Assembly (NCBI RefSeq): GCF_006345805.1
Contig: NC_043012.1
Coordinates: forward strand, 27,156,001-27,220,000
Length of the DNA: 64,000 nt
Source of the DNA: Octopus sinensis
Taxonomy: Eukaryota
Reading direction: 5' to 3'
The notes beneath the pieces are model-generated. The model was not told the origin of the DNA. It worked only from the letters and a program-made list of their open reading frames with translations, and did not search any database. Position numbers and translations under genes: made by a program. This document shows positions 1 through 13,600 of the stretch, piece by piece. Each line of letters begins with the position of its first letter. Within the stretch, counting starts at the first letter, position 1.

Positions 1-919
1 AGAAAATACTCATTTCATAGAATCCTAACACAAAATCTTTTAAGCGATGTAAATATATTTGCATTCCAAAATTAATATCAAGTCTAGAATAATATTTTCT
101 AGTTACATTTGCAATCTTTTTAGCTTACAAAGCCCTGATAAATTATAGAGATCTCATTATTAGTTTGAATAACATGAGCAGGTATACAGTTGACAACCTT
201 AGGAAACAAAAGATATGTTGAAGCAAATTATACAATGGTTAACTTCTTAACACCCTTAAATGTTACACTTAAATTCCATTTTGCTATTACAAACAAACCT
301 ATCAGTGAATATCAAATACATTATCAAAAAAATAAGTACATTGTCTGATGAAGGTATTTTTAGCAAGTCTACTGAGTACTACAGCAACCAACCAAAAATT
401 AATAGGAGATATAAATATATCCTACAATAAAATGTAATACCACAGTTGGCAAATATTTTCTCTCTTTAATCAGAAAATACTTCCAAAGAAGTCATAAAAT
501 ACCATCAACACAATGGCTACCAAATTTCAACAAGTACAACATAAAAATTAGCTACACCTGCATATAAAACACATCAAGTCCTACTGAGTAATACATTGCA
601 GAAATGTAAACGAAGGAAGAGCAAAATGAACCAACTTGCAATTGTTGAACTACAGAACTCTGCCATCTGTTTAGAAAAAGGAATTGCATAACAAGCTGAT
701 GTCTTCACTAACTATACATCAGTAGACTACACAAAATTCACAGAACATTCTTTCAAAGTCATCTCTATTATCACAATAGTTAATTTTCTCACTAACACCC
801 GAAAACCACCTCAACATTTTCAAAATACATTTTAAAATCAGATAAACACCTGCAAATAATATCTTACAGAGATACTTAATATTAAACTCTACTCCAATCT
901 TAAAAAATAGAAAACATAT

Positions 920-1590
920 CAACTCATCAACATATAGGTTAGTAGAAATTGTAACAGTGTATGGGGAGAGTAACAGATGATGTGGAGATGGGAAATGGAT
1001 GAAGGGTTGAATACAATGAGAGAAGAACAATTGTTGAGAGATGATAGAGATTGGAAGGAAGGTAGGGTAAAGTGATGACTGTAGAAATTGGGTAGGATTG
1101 AGAGGTAGATGTAGTGAATGGTGAATAAGAAGTGGAGGTGACCAGTGATACATGAAGTGAGGGAGGTTGGGAAAAGTAGGAAATGATTAGCAGTACTGAA
1201 AGGAGTGAAAAGTAGCAAAGATAGTAATAATGAGAAAGTAGAAAATGTAGGTTGCAAGAGTATGAGAGGAGAGGCAAGCAAAGTGCATGAGGAAAGTGAG
1301 AGATGTATGGCAATGGAGGAGGAAAGCAAATTTTGTGGCACTGAAGATTGATCAATGCAAAATGTAGGTGGAGAAGGATAATATTAAGAATGAAGGATAG
1401 ATGTCAAGTGAAACGGTTCTAGAGTAGGAAGGATAAATAGCAATAGGGAAAGCTGGTGAAGTATTTCATTCAGCTCACATTTAATTAGAACAGCAGAATA
1501 TAATACGTAGGCATGTGATGAAGGTGTCACTGGTAAAGAGATAATGGAAGGGTGGTGGGAATGTCTTTGGGAGGAAATTGGCGAAAGTGC
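920..1590 (-). mobile_element. Highly decayed Penelope-like fragment (tentative)
   Basis: Pyrimidine-rich minus strand with patchy similarity to the Penelope fragment at 21230-22330. No clean ORF. Confidence 0.3.
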
Positions 1591-1597
1591 CCAGTTC

Positions 1598-2730
1598 ATT
1601 ATCATCAATATCAACATTTAATGTATGTTTTCTGTTTTGAGATGGGTTGAACAGCTTGACAGGAACTGGCAAGGCCAAGGACCACACCAGGTTCCATAGT
1701 CTGTTTTGGCTTGGTTTCTGCAAGCTGGATGCCTTTCCTAATGCCAATCACTTTACCAAGTATACTGGGTGCTTTTCATGTGGCACCAGAACCAGTGTGT
1801 TTTACATGGTACCAGCAGCCATACAAATGTTTTTTACATGGCACCTTTGTTTTCGGATATCAATTCTGTTGTGGTGGGCAGGTCTTCCTGAGTACAGCAA
1901 TAAACCACATATCTTCGTCTTCTTTCATCTCCTTTGCAAGGCTCGGCGTTTTGACATTGATCTTCAAACTTTGTCCCATGTCTCCCTCAGCTTCCCACTT
2001 CCACAACTTCCCTCCACTTTAAGGGATTGGCACTTCTTTATGCAACTGTCCTCATCCATCCCCATCATATGACCAAACCAGTGCAGTTTCCTCTTTTGCA
2101 CACTGCCTAACTTCTCTCTCAATACTCTAGTGCTCTGTTGCACATGTACACTGACATTGCAGATCCAATGGAGCATACCAGTTTCGTTCTGCTCTGGTTC
2201 CTATGTTGGGTTTAAATGACGAAGACTGCCTTTCTCCCATTCATTCTCCACATCTAATAGTCTTTCGTAGTAGCTCTTCTAGGTTTCTTTCATTTCAGGA
2301 TTATTAAGACCAAGTATACCATTATCGTACACACGTCTCTCCCATAATATCTTGGTTTTCTCTAACACACTGTCTAGCAAACAAGAACAACTCAAGACTT
2401 TGATCTTCATGTGGTAAGACATTGGCAAACCTCTTCCTTTCTGCTTTGGCCCTAGCTAAGTACACCTGAAGCTTAGCATCTCTTTTAGTTATCTGATATG
2501 GTTCTTTGCTACCCCAACTCTTCCACTCTTCTTTTATAGACCCGTCAACCTGACTGTTCCACCACCATGTCACCTTTGGTCTGGCAGAAGTTTCATTCAA
2601 ATCACAGATTTAATCTGTTGCCCTCAGTAGATTGTTCCTGTAAGAACTCCTCTATGTTGTATGTCTCCATCTCTGACTCCTATTCATCAAAATCTTCATT
2701 CAGGGCATCTCTTTAGTCTTGTAAAGCTTT
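1598..2730 (-). mobile_element. Old RTE LINE, internally deleted, with 3' tail
   Basis: Remnant ORFs 'RPKVTWWWN...FANVL' and 'LHWFGHM...DEDSCIKKC...SCGSGK'. The 3' UTR motif GGCATTAGGAAAGGCATCCAGC and the GAT tail match the other RTE copies. Confidence 0.85.
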
Positions 2731-2740
2731 TGTAGACAAA

Positions 2741-2775
<35 letters not shown>
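2741..2775. repeat. (ATT)n microsatellite
   Basis: Direct reading. Confidence 0.95.
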
Positions 2776-2776
<1 letters not shown>

Positions 2777-2778
2777 GA

Positions 2779-2965
2779 AAGCAGCAAGCTGGTAGAATTG
2801 TTAACACACCAGGCAAAATGCTTAGCAGCATATTGCCTATCTTTACATTCTGAGTTAAAATTCCACTGAGGTCAACTTTGCTTTTCATCCTTTTGAAGTC
2901 AACAAAATAGGTACCAGTTGAGGACTGGAGTCAAAATTGCTGGCTTTGTGCCAAAATTTGAAATC
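2779..2965 (+). mobile_element. tRNA-derived SINE (family A)
   Basis: A/B-box-like tggtagaattg / gagttaaaatt, then the 'gcttttcatcctttt..gtcaacaaaataggtaccagtt' core (Nin/Deu-like). Several copies in the window. Confidence 0.8.
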
Positions 2966-3961
2966 AATATTGATATTATTATTAAGGCAACAATTATCTT
3001 ATCTAGATCGTCCCGTAGGATGCCCCTTTTCAGGGGTTTCGGTTGCACATACTATAGGAGTCACAGGGCACTGCTATATGTGGTCCCACAATTTCCATCT
3101 AACTAGGAATATTAGGGTCTCATCCATTGTCTTGTATTCAAGATCCTCTGCATGACATCCTGCTAGTTCAAAGCCAGGAATCTGATCTGTTAAGATCCTG
3201 CTGATAATTAAATCCATGCCCTGCTGCTGATGCTTCCATTTATTGTCATTAAGGTTTTGTCCGTCTCCCACCCTTTGACCTGTCTGGCCTGGCAAGACCT
3301 GCCTGAAGATTTCTCCCCCCCCCCAGCATAGCTCTCTGGGTCAATGGAGCACACAGGCACTTCAGCGCAACAAGGTACTTGTTGAATTGGCCAGTATCTA
3401 CACAGTCGTTCTTTGATGGGCCTTATTTTTTCATCCTGCAGGGTGTTCAACAATCACCCTCCTCACCAAGCAAGCTTGATGGGGTTGCCAGTTTAGTCAT
3501 CAACGACCCAACCATGCGACTGGTTGTACTGGGTTACATGTTACCAGTAGCGCTCAAGAGCAACCTGGCAACAATTAATCTTCAGCAATGCAGAAGTAGC
3601 CGTGCATATCACGATGTTATATACTTCTAAATCACTACCAGCGTCACATTGCAGATATAAAAAACAATACACTTTTGTCTATCAACTCACCACCACCAAC
3701 TCTATGCCTTTCTTTAACCTCACCATCAGAACATCCCCCCGCCCCCGCCAAAATTATATTTCTAACTCACCTTTATATCACTTCTTTCAACTAACTTTTT
3801 AACTACATAATAAATATGTTCTCCCACCTTTCTCACTCCTCACCTTACCCTCTTTTTCTCTCTCATTTTTCTTTCTCCCTCTCTTTCTCTCATTCTTCGC
3901 CTTTCCCTTCAACTAATCTCCGGGTTAAGTAACGGAGAAACAAACAAAATTATTATAAGAT

Positions 3962-4400
3962 TAAGCTGGCAGAATCGTTACTGCACCAGGTGGAATGTGT
4001 AGCAGCATTTTGTCCATCTCTAAATTCTGAGTTCAAATTCCACTGAGGTTTACTTTGCTTTTCACCCTTTTAGGGTCAATAAAATAAGTACCAAAGGTGG
4101 CAGGCTGGCAGAAACGTTAGCACACCTGGTGAAATGCTTAGCGGTATTTCGTCTGTCTTTACATTCTGAGTTCAAATTCCGTTGAGGTCGACTTTGCTTT
4201 GCATCTCTTCAGGGTCAATAAATTAAGTACCAGTTGCGTACTGGGGTCAATCTAATCAACTGCTTCCCCCCAAAAAATTTGGGGCCTTGTACCTAGAGTA
4301 GAAAAGAAAAGAATAAGTACCAGTTGAACACTGCGGTTGAGATAATTGACTTATCCCTTCCCCTGAAACTGCTAGCTTTGCACCAAAATTTGAAATTATT
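3962..4400 (+). mobile_element. Two family-A SINEs, one (4094-4311) nested in the other
   Basis: The inner copy is flanked by the direct repeat aataagtacca (4083-4093, 4312-4322), and the outer SINE resumes after it. Confidence 0.85.
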
Positions 4401-4683
4401 ATTATTCTTTGCATAGGCACAAGACCTCAAATTTGAAGGATGGGACAGTCAATTGTATCACTCTCTGTATTGTATTTGACTAGTACTTTGGAAGAACGAA
4501 AGGCAAAGGATTTGAACTTATAACATAAAACGGTCATAGCTATATACTAGAAGGCATTTTATTTAAGTATTGATAATGAGACATTTTCAAATTACTTTTG
4601 TGATATTTATTTAATCTTCTGAAGATAAGAAAAGTTCAGTTATATGTAAACAAGAAATTTACTGAACTTTTTCAAAGGCTTAC

Positions 4684-4743
4684 CTGAATAATTTTTTCAT
4701 TGTTTCCAACCATCTTAAAACCATAAGAGTGAATTTTGAAATC
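4684..4743 (-). CDS. MTMR10: MTMR10-like exon (60 nt), end of PH-GRAM
   Basis: Acceptor atttattatag, donor gtaagc. Translates DFKIHSYGFKMVGNNEKIIQ, completing 'LMIYSR|DFKIHSYGF', which matches the myotubularin 'LIIYCKDFRIVRFRF' motif. Phase 0 to 0. Confidence 0.85.
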
Positions 4744-6050
4744 CTATAATAAATATTTTTGAAAATATGTGGAAAATACAAATAAAATAAGCAGTGGAAA
4801 AAATAAAACATTCATAATATATCTTTTTATAAATAACCAAGCCATCAGCCATAAGGCTACAAAGTTGTTTTCATGAGCAAGATCATGTGACTGATATCAT
4901 ACCCACTCATCAGCAATCTTTTTTTTTTTTACATTTTTGGATAAATTCAGGAATTTATAAGTTTTGCTTTCCTATCGAGAGTTCAGATAGAGTGGTTAAT
5001 GTGAGTCTTGTGACAAAGCCTATGACTTCTTACCATTTTAATATCATTTTGTGTGTATATCTCTACATCTCACTTTTCCTCAATTGAGTTTTGAAAGTAT
5101 ACTAATAAGTCCTGCATAAACAGGAATAATATAATTTGTTAAGCTAACTTGTATAACCATCTGCAGTTAACCAATTCTATCAATACCAATAACTTATCAA
5201 TTATTTGAGCAGAGGAAAGATAATGTATGCATGAAAACAATTAATAGAAGGTTGATAGAAGAAAAAAATCAGGAAAATTGACAGATGTGTACAGGAAGCA
5301 AGGTGCTTTGGTAGACTGATAATAAGGCAGATACATAAGCTAAAGTCTGAGTAGGAAATTATTCTGATACTGGAGGTTAAGGCTCATTCTTAACTGAAAA
5401 TTTGATAACAGACTTACCTTACACAGGAAATATGACAGTCACTATAATGTGTACATATGGCACAACAGTAGTGTTAATCCAAAAGAAATACTGAGAATTA
5501 CTTCAATAGTAAATGGAAAATCTTAATTGTAACATGATATTAATAGAAATGTATGGAACTACCAGTTAGGTATAAGATTTTTATAGTTCTTAAACTGAAT
5601 TTGAACTGATCAGAATCTGTCTTGTCAGAGGAATTTGTCAACTAATGCAAATTAGTGTTTTATAATTTAGTATTAAAAGAAGAAAAAGAAAGATCTTTCT
5701 GAAAGCTACACAGTTGGATGAGCTGAGAATTGTCAAACCTATCAGTCTGTTTTCACAGATTTTACAGTCCTTATAAACTTATTCAAAAGTATTGAATGGT
5801 AAAAATATGCTGAAGTTTCAACCTATTCAAATACCACAATCTGAATGGGGAAAATATTTGTTCTTAGCAGAGAAGGATTGCATGTTAGGTAACATATCCT
5901 TCAGACCATTGCCTAACGTATCGAGATGGGAATAGAAGTACATCTAGCTTTGTAATGAATATGGTTCCCGTAAGATACTGCAATTCTGCTTTGTTCAAAT
6001 AAAGCAAGCAAATACTAAAGAAAATAAAGTACTATTTGTGTTATACATTA

Positions 6051-8481
6051 CTAGTACATGACCTGTTAATAAGAAAAAAGCAGTGCTATGTTTAGAATAA
6101 CATTTCAATTTAACTCTACTATTGTTTGAGAAACACACAAAACATATAATTTGATAATATATTTACATCATCATCGTTTAACGTCCGTTTTCCATGGGTT
6201 GGACGGTTCAACTGGGGTCTGGGAAGCCAGAAGGCTGCACCAGGCCCAGTCTGATCTGGCAGTGTTTCTACAGCTGGATGCCCTTCCTAACGCCAACCAC
6301 TCCATGAGTATAGTGGGTGCTTTTTACGTGCTACCGGCACAGGTGCCAGATGAGGCTGGCAACGGCCATGATCAGATGGTGCTTTTTACGTGCCACCGGC
6401 ATGGAGGCTAGACAGGGTTGGCAACGGCCACGATCGGATGGTGCTTTTTACTTGCACCGGCACGGAGCCAGTCGGGGCGGCACTGGCAACGGTCACATTC
6501 GGATGGTTCTCTTACGTGCCACCGGCACTGGTAACACAACTACAATTTCCATTGATATTGATCGATTTCGATTTTGATTTTCACTTGCCTCAACAGGTCT
6601 TCACAAGTAAAGTTTTGTGTCCCAAGAAGGAAAGGTATGCATAAGTGGACTGGCTACATCCCAGCTAGAGGCCACAGGTTATGGTCTCACTTGTCCTGCC
6701 GGGTCTTCTCACACACACAGCATACTTCCAAAGGTCTCAGTCACTAGTCATTTCCTAGGTGAGCCCTAACATTCAAAGGTCGTGCTTTACCACCTCGTCC
6801 CAGGTTTTCCTGGGTCTACCTCTTCCACAGGTTCCCTCAACTGCTAGGGTGTGGCACTTTTTCACACAACTATCTTCATCCAGTCTCGCCACATGACCAT
6901 ACCAGTGCAAACAACTCTCTTGCACACTACAACTGATGCTTCTTAGGTCCAACTTTTCTCTCAAGGTACTTACACTCTGTCGAGTATGAACATGACACAT
7001 CCATCGGAGCATACTGGCTTCACAAAATCAGTAATAAAATAACAAATAAAATATTAAGCAAATCTGTACTTATTATATAGGTAGCATATCAATATTTACA
7101 CTATTTCCTTATAGACAACATTACGCATAAGTCTTTTTACACTTTCATTATGACGTCTACTTGTTCCTGATCTGGTAAATTCTTTTTGATCAGCAAATAT
7201 TTTAATTTTCACTGGATCCCCAACCTTATATATAACTGGCCATGAGTAAATACAGGCGCAGGCATGTAGATGCTGCACTTAGAAAGGCTTTGTCCTTCAC
7301 TTTTGTTTATAGACATCACGAAAGCAGATCTCATTGGAAATTGGCGTTTTTTCAAAGTAAAGGGCAAATCAGTATCAGATGGTTGCAGAATAATGCGAGG
7401 AATCAAAAGTGTGCGTCCTGCATCAACACCAGTTATTTTACTTGCAGTGATCACATTATCTGACACTGATAACACTCTATAACGTGCGCCATTGCAGTGC
7501 CCATTTCTCTGATCTAAGTTTCTTAGCAACATTATAGGAACACCGTTTTTAATTTGATAAATGACGTGGCATGCTACTTATATTAAGAGAATTAAGAAAT
7601 TCAGGAAGATAGAGTGAAGATTGTTGGTCTTCTGCAACAGAATCACCTAAGAGTATATGTCTCACCTGGAAATTTCTAGATTATGTGGTTATTTAGATTG
7701 TCAACTTCTTCATTCTTTGTTGATAATATTGCTCGTGATGTTAACCATTACGCGTTGTTAAAATTAACCTGTAAATCTTCATAGACATGGTTGATCAAAT
7801 CCTTCTTGCCGTTGACTTGAAATTGCTGAGGAATCTCTATTACATCATCATATAATTGTCTTTGAACATTAGGGATTCTTCCATCACCAATTTGCAATGT
7901 CAAGCTTGAGAGGTGGTATCATTATTGCTGAGACAGTTTTGCACTCTCATATTAGTGGTGAGATGAAGTACTTCGCATTTGTGCCAAATAATGGATTTTT
8001 TTCAAACATGTTCCAATTAGAGAAGACCTTTGTGCTCTTTGAACCACTGGAAGAATTTGATGGAAATCAACACCTAAAATTGTCAATTTGCTGCCAAAAT
8101 ATTACCATGCTCCATCTTGGGAATCCCGGCTCTATCTAATTTACTGATGGCTTCGGACAGACGGACGGATGGACACGGCCATGCATGACAATATTTGTAT
8201 CTTATTCACACAGTGTGAGGTATGAAAACAACCAGACTTTCTATTTCATTCCCTCTATTTATCTAATTACTGATGGCTTTGGACAGACATTCCTTTTACA
8301 TATGCATATGTTCTCTCTCTCTCTTTGTGTGTGTGTCTCTCTCTGTCTCTCTTTCTCTCCCTCCCCTTCTCAACTCTACTTCTCTACATCCCCCTCTCTC
8401 TTTCTAACTCTGCTTTTCCTTTATCTAATTACTGATGGTTTTGGACAGACAGGCAGACGCAGCTCTTATTATAGTATAAGA
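6051..8481 (-). mobile_element. Helitron, internally deleted, with PIF1-type helicase C-terminal remnant
   Basis: ORF 7209-7532 'MLLRNLD...CNGAR...LIPRI...FTLKKRQFP...SINKSEGQSL...VFTHGQLY'; 'RNVVYKEI' terminus; 'DFHQILPVV...HLTTNMRV' near 7950-8075. 5' end A|TCTTATACTATAATAAG at 8481; probable 3' CTAG|T at 6051, with the RTE below inserted inside. Confidence 0.8.
6166..7022 (-). mobile_element. 5'-truncated RTE LINE (C-terminus plus 3' UTR)
   Basis: 'MLRWMC...RGRPRKTWDEVVKHDL', nearly identical to the end of the 827-aa ORF. (GAT)n tail. Confidence 0.92.
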
Positions 8482-8498
8482 TTATAAAATGATTATAA

Positions 8499-8686
8499 GG
8501 CAGCAAGCTAGCAGAATACTAAGGCAAAATACTAAGCAGTATTTTATCTGTCTTTACATTCTGAGAACAAATTCCAATGAGATGAACTTTGCCTTCATCC
8601 TTTTGGGGTTGATAAAATAAGTAGTAGTTGTAATCAACTTACTCCTACCCCTGACATTGCTGGCTTTGTGCCAAACTTTGAAACCA
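8499..8686 (+). mobile_element. Family-A SINE
   Basis: Similarity to the 4094-4311 copy. Confidence 0.75.
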
Positions 8687-8809
8687 TTATTCTTAAATGA
8701 TTTATTTTTTAGTAATAAAAGCAAAGGGAAAAAATATTTTCATACAAAATAAATAAAAGCATTGAAGTATAAATAAAATACGTGTTGGTAATATTCAAAG
8801 AAAACTTAC

Positions 8810-8892
8810 CCGACTGTAAATCATTAGTCGTTTACATGGTTGCTGAATAGAGTTGACAGCCAATAATTTCTTCTTTTTAGCCTGAGAGAAGA
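8810..8892 (-). CDS. MTMR10: MTMR10-like exon (83 nt), PH-GRAM domain
   Basis: Acceptor ttttcttgttttcattccag, donor gtaagt. Translates (V)FSQAKKKKLLAVNSIQQPCKRLMIYSR, cf. recalled 'KRKQKVL...ELIIYCK'. Phase 1 to 0. Confidence 0.85.
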
Positions 8893-9170
8893 CTGGAATG
8901 AAAACAAGAAAATTCATATAAACTATGCCAATGAGACTGACTCAATATTAAATCATTTTTTAAGTGGAAAAAGAAATATTTCATGATATAAAGCTTTGGC
9001 TATAAATTTTGTGAAAATGGCAGTACTTTTTTACTGAATGTAAAAAAAGTTTTCTACTTCAAAAATCTAAAATTTATATAGCTTCAAAAATTAATGATGT
9101 GTAGCAGATGCAGCAGTGAACTCTAAGAGATGCTACATGATTAGTTTTTCTCTTCATTATTTCAAGCCAA

Positions 9171-9376
9171 AGGTGGCAAGCTGGCAGAAACATTAGCACA
9201 CCAGGCAAAATGTTTAGCTGTATTCCATCTATCTTTATGTTCTGAGTTCAAATTCCGCCAAGGTCGACTTTGCCTTTCATCCTTTTGGGGTCAATAAATT
9301 AAGTAGCAGTTGCTGATCTAACCGACTGGCTCCTCCCCCACAAAAAATTTAGGGCCTTGTGCCTAGAGTAGAAAAT
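9171..9376 (+). mobile_element. Family-A SINE with 15-bp TSD
   Basis: attatttcaagccaa at 9156-9170 and 9377-9391. Confidence 0.88.
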
Positions 9377-10184
9377 ATTATTTCAAGCCAATCAGATTGC
9401 TTCTTCATGGTGTAGATTGCTTTTAATGATGTACCACACTTGCTAAGTAATTTCTATCACCTAAAATTCAAAGAGAGGTAAGTTGAGCCTGATAAATGTA
9501 GCATTTTTATTATCAAACCAAACAATATTACAGCCAAATCCTTAATTGGCCTCAGGGCCATTCTCAGACTCTACTTTTCTCTTTTTCTGGATTGTGACCA
9601 ATCAACTGCATTGGTATTTACACTAAATTCCACAACAGACTTACCACTCATGATATCTTCAGAATTTTTCAACCATATTGGTGACCCATGAATTAAAATG
9701 AACATGAACATTTCTGACTGAATGACTTTATGCAGGAACTAGATATTTCAAGACTTCTAGATTTCTTCACTACATTGTTGCATTTTTTCCACTTGTTCAA
9801 CTCACACGCTTCTTCTTCTCTGTATACTTTGTTATGATCCTAGCAACCCCACCCATGCACATGGCAGTATGCATACAAGCACTACACATACAACACTATA
9901 CATTTGCCTCATACTACATGTGCCTTCATATATCAGCAATTATTTCCAAATTTGTTTTATCATCAAACTTCTACCCATGTATTTCACCTGGAACAGTAGT
10001 AACCAAGGATGGGAAAGAAGAAAGCAAGGAAAAAAAGTTGAAGGACATTTGAATGTTTTCGTTGTGTTTATGTTGTCCTACTAAGGCAGGAGAACTGTAT
10101 TATTTAAGAATTTTATTGCTTGAAGCTTAAAACAGTACTTTTTCCTTTCCTGCTGCACATCCACATTTTCAACTTGGAGTGGTT

Positions 10185-10216
10185 GTGACCCAACGGGTCA
10201 CGGTGGGTACATCTAG
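10185..10216 (+). mobile_element. Helitron 3' terminus (hairpin plus CTAG)
   Basis: GTGACCC-aac-GGGTCAC hairpin, 11-nt spacer, then CTAG followed by T. 5' end not located. Confidence 0.6.
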
Positions 10217-10226
10217 TATACATCTA

Positions 10227-10508
<282 letters not shown>

Positions 10509-10699
10509 GACTACTTTCATGCTCTCTCTAACTATCTCCTTGCTGGACCTTAATCTGGATGTTGTATGGGAGTGAGGAAATTGTACTTCATTGAATTGAA
10601 TAAACTATGTACTGAGGCTCTATGCTACCTGTTAAGCATTTGTGCAGATCTTTTCAGGTACTGACAAAAGCCCCATGACTGCCTTCCCATTGTCACTCC

Positions 10700-13600
10700 A
10701 AAGTATAGAATTTTAGGGCCACAACCATCAATGTTAGGACAATGAAAAGGAGGTCTGGTGAGATTATCAAAATGATGGAGCATTGCCATGCCGATGTGTG
10801 TGGTGTGCAAGAAGTGAGATGGAAGGGGATTTCTGCTAGATTCCTCATGGTTAAGAAACAGGTTCAAATTCTTCTGGGTAGGCAAGAGTGATGGAGTGGG
10901 TGGTGTGGGCATACTCTTAGAAGAAAAGGGGGTAGATAAGGTAACTGAGGTAGTCAGAGTATGTGATAGAATTACTAAGCTGAAACTCATCATAGATAAA
11001 GTAACAGTTACATTTATCTCTGCCTATGCTCCACAAGCCAGGTTGGCTGATGAGCAGAAGGACCAATTCTATGAGGTTCCTCTGCAGACTATCTCATTAA
11101 CAAATGACAGAGACTTGGTTATTGGGGCTGGTGACTTCAATGTTGGGTAGCATCCCCATGTATTCTGTTGTGTGCATGGTGGTTATGGCTTTAGGAATGA
11201 GGAGGGAACAAGGCTACTGAAGTTATGTGATGCAAATGATCTTATGATCTGCAATACTAACTTCAGAAACCCAGCAGCTACTTAATCACTTATCAGTCTG
11301 GTGGGAACATAATCCAGGTTGATTACCTCCTCACCAGGCAATGAGATAGGCAGATGTTCACAAATGCAAAGAAAGTCTTTCCCAAGTGACGAATATACAC
11401 CCCAACATAGGCTACTAGTTAGTGACTACAGAATTAGGATTAGAGTGACTTGGAGAAATAAAAAATACTGGAAAAGGAGATTATGGAAGCTGAAAGACCC
11501 AGCAAACAAACAAAAATTTAGAGACATTCTAATGAAGTCTCTGATAACAGAGAGGAGGAAATGGGGACATATAGCTTATAGAACAATTGGAAGTTCCAGT
11601 GTGACAATCTACTGGGGGCCACTGACCAAATCTGTGGCTGGTGCAAAATCCCAGCTAGGCTGAGGGTGACATGGAGGTGGAACAAGGAGGTGGAGAGAAC
11701 TATAAAAGCAAAGCAATAGGTCAGGAAAGACTTAAAAACAGTGGAAGCAGAGAACTGTATCGGATAGCCAGGCAAGGGAGGCTAGGCGACAGGTTTACAT
11801 AGCAAAAGGAATAGTAGAAGGTAGGAAGTTTGCCAATGTTATGCAGCGTGAGGATCAGAGGCATGAGGTGTTCAGGTGCTACTATGAAAGGTTATTAAAT
11901 GTGAAAAATGCATGGGAGGGGAGTCTTTCAAATATCAAACCAACTGAAGGACCAACTCTGATGAGTTGATAACAGTATAAGAGGTGAGGCAATTAAGGAC
12001 ATGAAGGCAGGGAAAGTCCCTGGACCATCGGGTATCACTACTGAGATGAATAAAATATCTGGAAGAGTGGGATGCATCCTTGTTACTTGCATAGTTAATC
12101 AGATTATCAAGAAGACATCATCCCCATTGACTGGTATAGTAGTATTATAGTTAGCTGCTTCAAGGGTAAAAGTGATGCCTTAGAAACAACTACAGAATTA
12201 TCAAACTGCTACACCAGGTCACGAAAGTTACAGAGAGCATTATAACTCAAATGATTAGGAAAAGAATTAAACAAGAGGAGATGCAGTTTGGTTTTGTTTC
12301 TGGGAGGAGTACCACAGATGCCATCTTCCTAGTGAAACAGTTGCAAGAAAAGTATCTGGCCAGCAGTAAACCATTGTACTTAGCTTTTGTTGACCTGGAG
12401 AAAGTTTTCGATAGAGTTCCTCGCTCTGTTATCTGGTGATTTCTAAGGAAGCTAGGAGTAGAAAAGCAGCTTGTTAGAGCTGTACAAGCCATGTACAGTG
12501 GTGCTGTCAATAAGGTGAGAGTTGGCCATGAATAGAGTGATGAATTTAGCATACAATTAGGGTTCATGAGGGATCAGTTCTTAGTCCACTCTTATTCATC
12601 ATAGTCCTCCAAGTCATAATAGAGGAATTCAAAACTGGACGCCCATGGGAACTGCTATATGCTGACAACCTCACTCTTATTACAGAATTGGAGAAGTTCT
12701 AGGTATGGAAGAAAAATCTGGAATCAAAGGGCCTTAACCCTTTCATTACTAACCCAGCCATAGCAAGCTGAAAAATTTTTTGGTTCATAAGACAAACCCA
12801 GCCGTAGCCGGCCAAGAGAACCCATTGTTATTTAAATGTAAATTTGAACCCAAATCTCGTTGGTACATTCATTAAAACACATTATTTCACTTTGCTAACA
12901 GCTGAGTTGCATCCAACATTCTTTGGCATGATATTTGAATTCAGTGAATTTTGGAAGATTTTTTTCTACATTTTTATCAGCAGTAATTTTTTTCAACTTT
13001 CAAAATTGAGAGGAGTTTGATGCTATCAAGCAGTGATTTCAAATTTGAAGGCTTTTCAAATAAAAATATGGAGATTTCGAGGAGAAGAATGAATGAAGTG
13101 CAAAAGCATGTGGTGGACGAAAATGAATCGGATATTTCTGTTTTCGAAACCGAAAGCAGCGATTCTGAAGAAACGGAAAGCAGTGACATCAACAGCGAGG
13201 ATAATTTTACACCAGAATGGAGTAATAAGTTCAAAAAAGTTTTTATTAACAATTTTTCTGAGGAGACAGGGTCTACCCATAGTCTTTCTCAGGAAGTGAA
13301 ACCATAAGACTTTTACTTTTTATTTTTTCCAGCATGCTTGTTTGAAGCAATCCCTATGGAAACAAACCGTTACGCAGAATGCAAATAATCTGGAAAAAAA
13401 GATGGCTTGTGCTTCCCTACAACTGTAGATGAAATATGGGCATTTTTTTCCAGAAATATTATTATGGGTGGAGCAATCAGGAACCTTTTGGTAATCACTA
13501 TGTTTCCAGTATTATGACCCAAATACGATTTGTGAAACCGAACCAGTATTTACATTTGAGATACACTAGCAGTACCCCAGTACATGGAGAACCAAACTTT

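Noticed and set aside
129-197. Candidate next MTMR10 exon on minus (VVNCIPAHVIQTNNEISIIYQGF; aag acceptor, gtaagc donor, phase-compatible)
   Set aside because: Only weak resemblance to the expected 'AI.H...P.....LFAF' motif, and the acceptor is AAG. Possible but unsupported without RNA-seq.
344-420. CTGATGA motif suggesting a hammerhead
   Set aside because: No paired stem II with a following GAAA.
2990-3960. Possible LTR-retrotransposon 5' remnant on minus (end resembles 33590-33750)
   Set aside because: No convincing gag or protease motifs and no clear TG...CA/PBS; too decayed to call.
5418-6014. Splice-like signals on minus (donor at about 5417; acceptors at about 5490 and 6014)
   Set aside because: All frames hit stops or lack MTMR similarity, and the 83-nt and 60-nt exons already join into a continuous motif.
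9645-9740. Minus-strand open segment ending in gtaagt (FLHKVIQSEMFMFILIHGSPIWLKNSEDIMS)
   Set aside because: No polypyrimidine acceptor, phase incompatible with the upstream exon, no homology.
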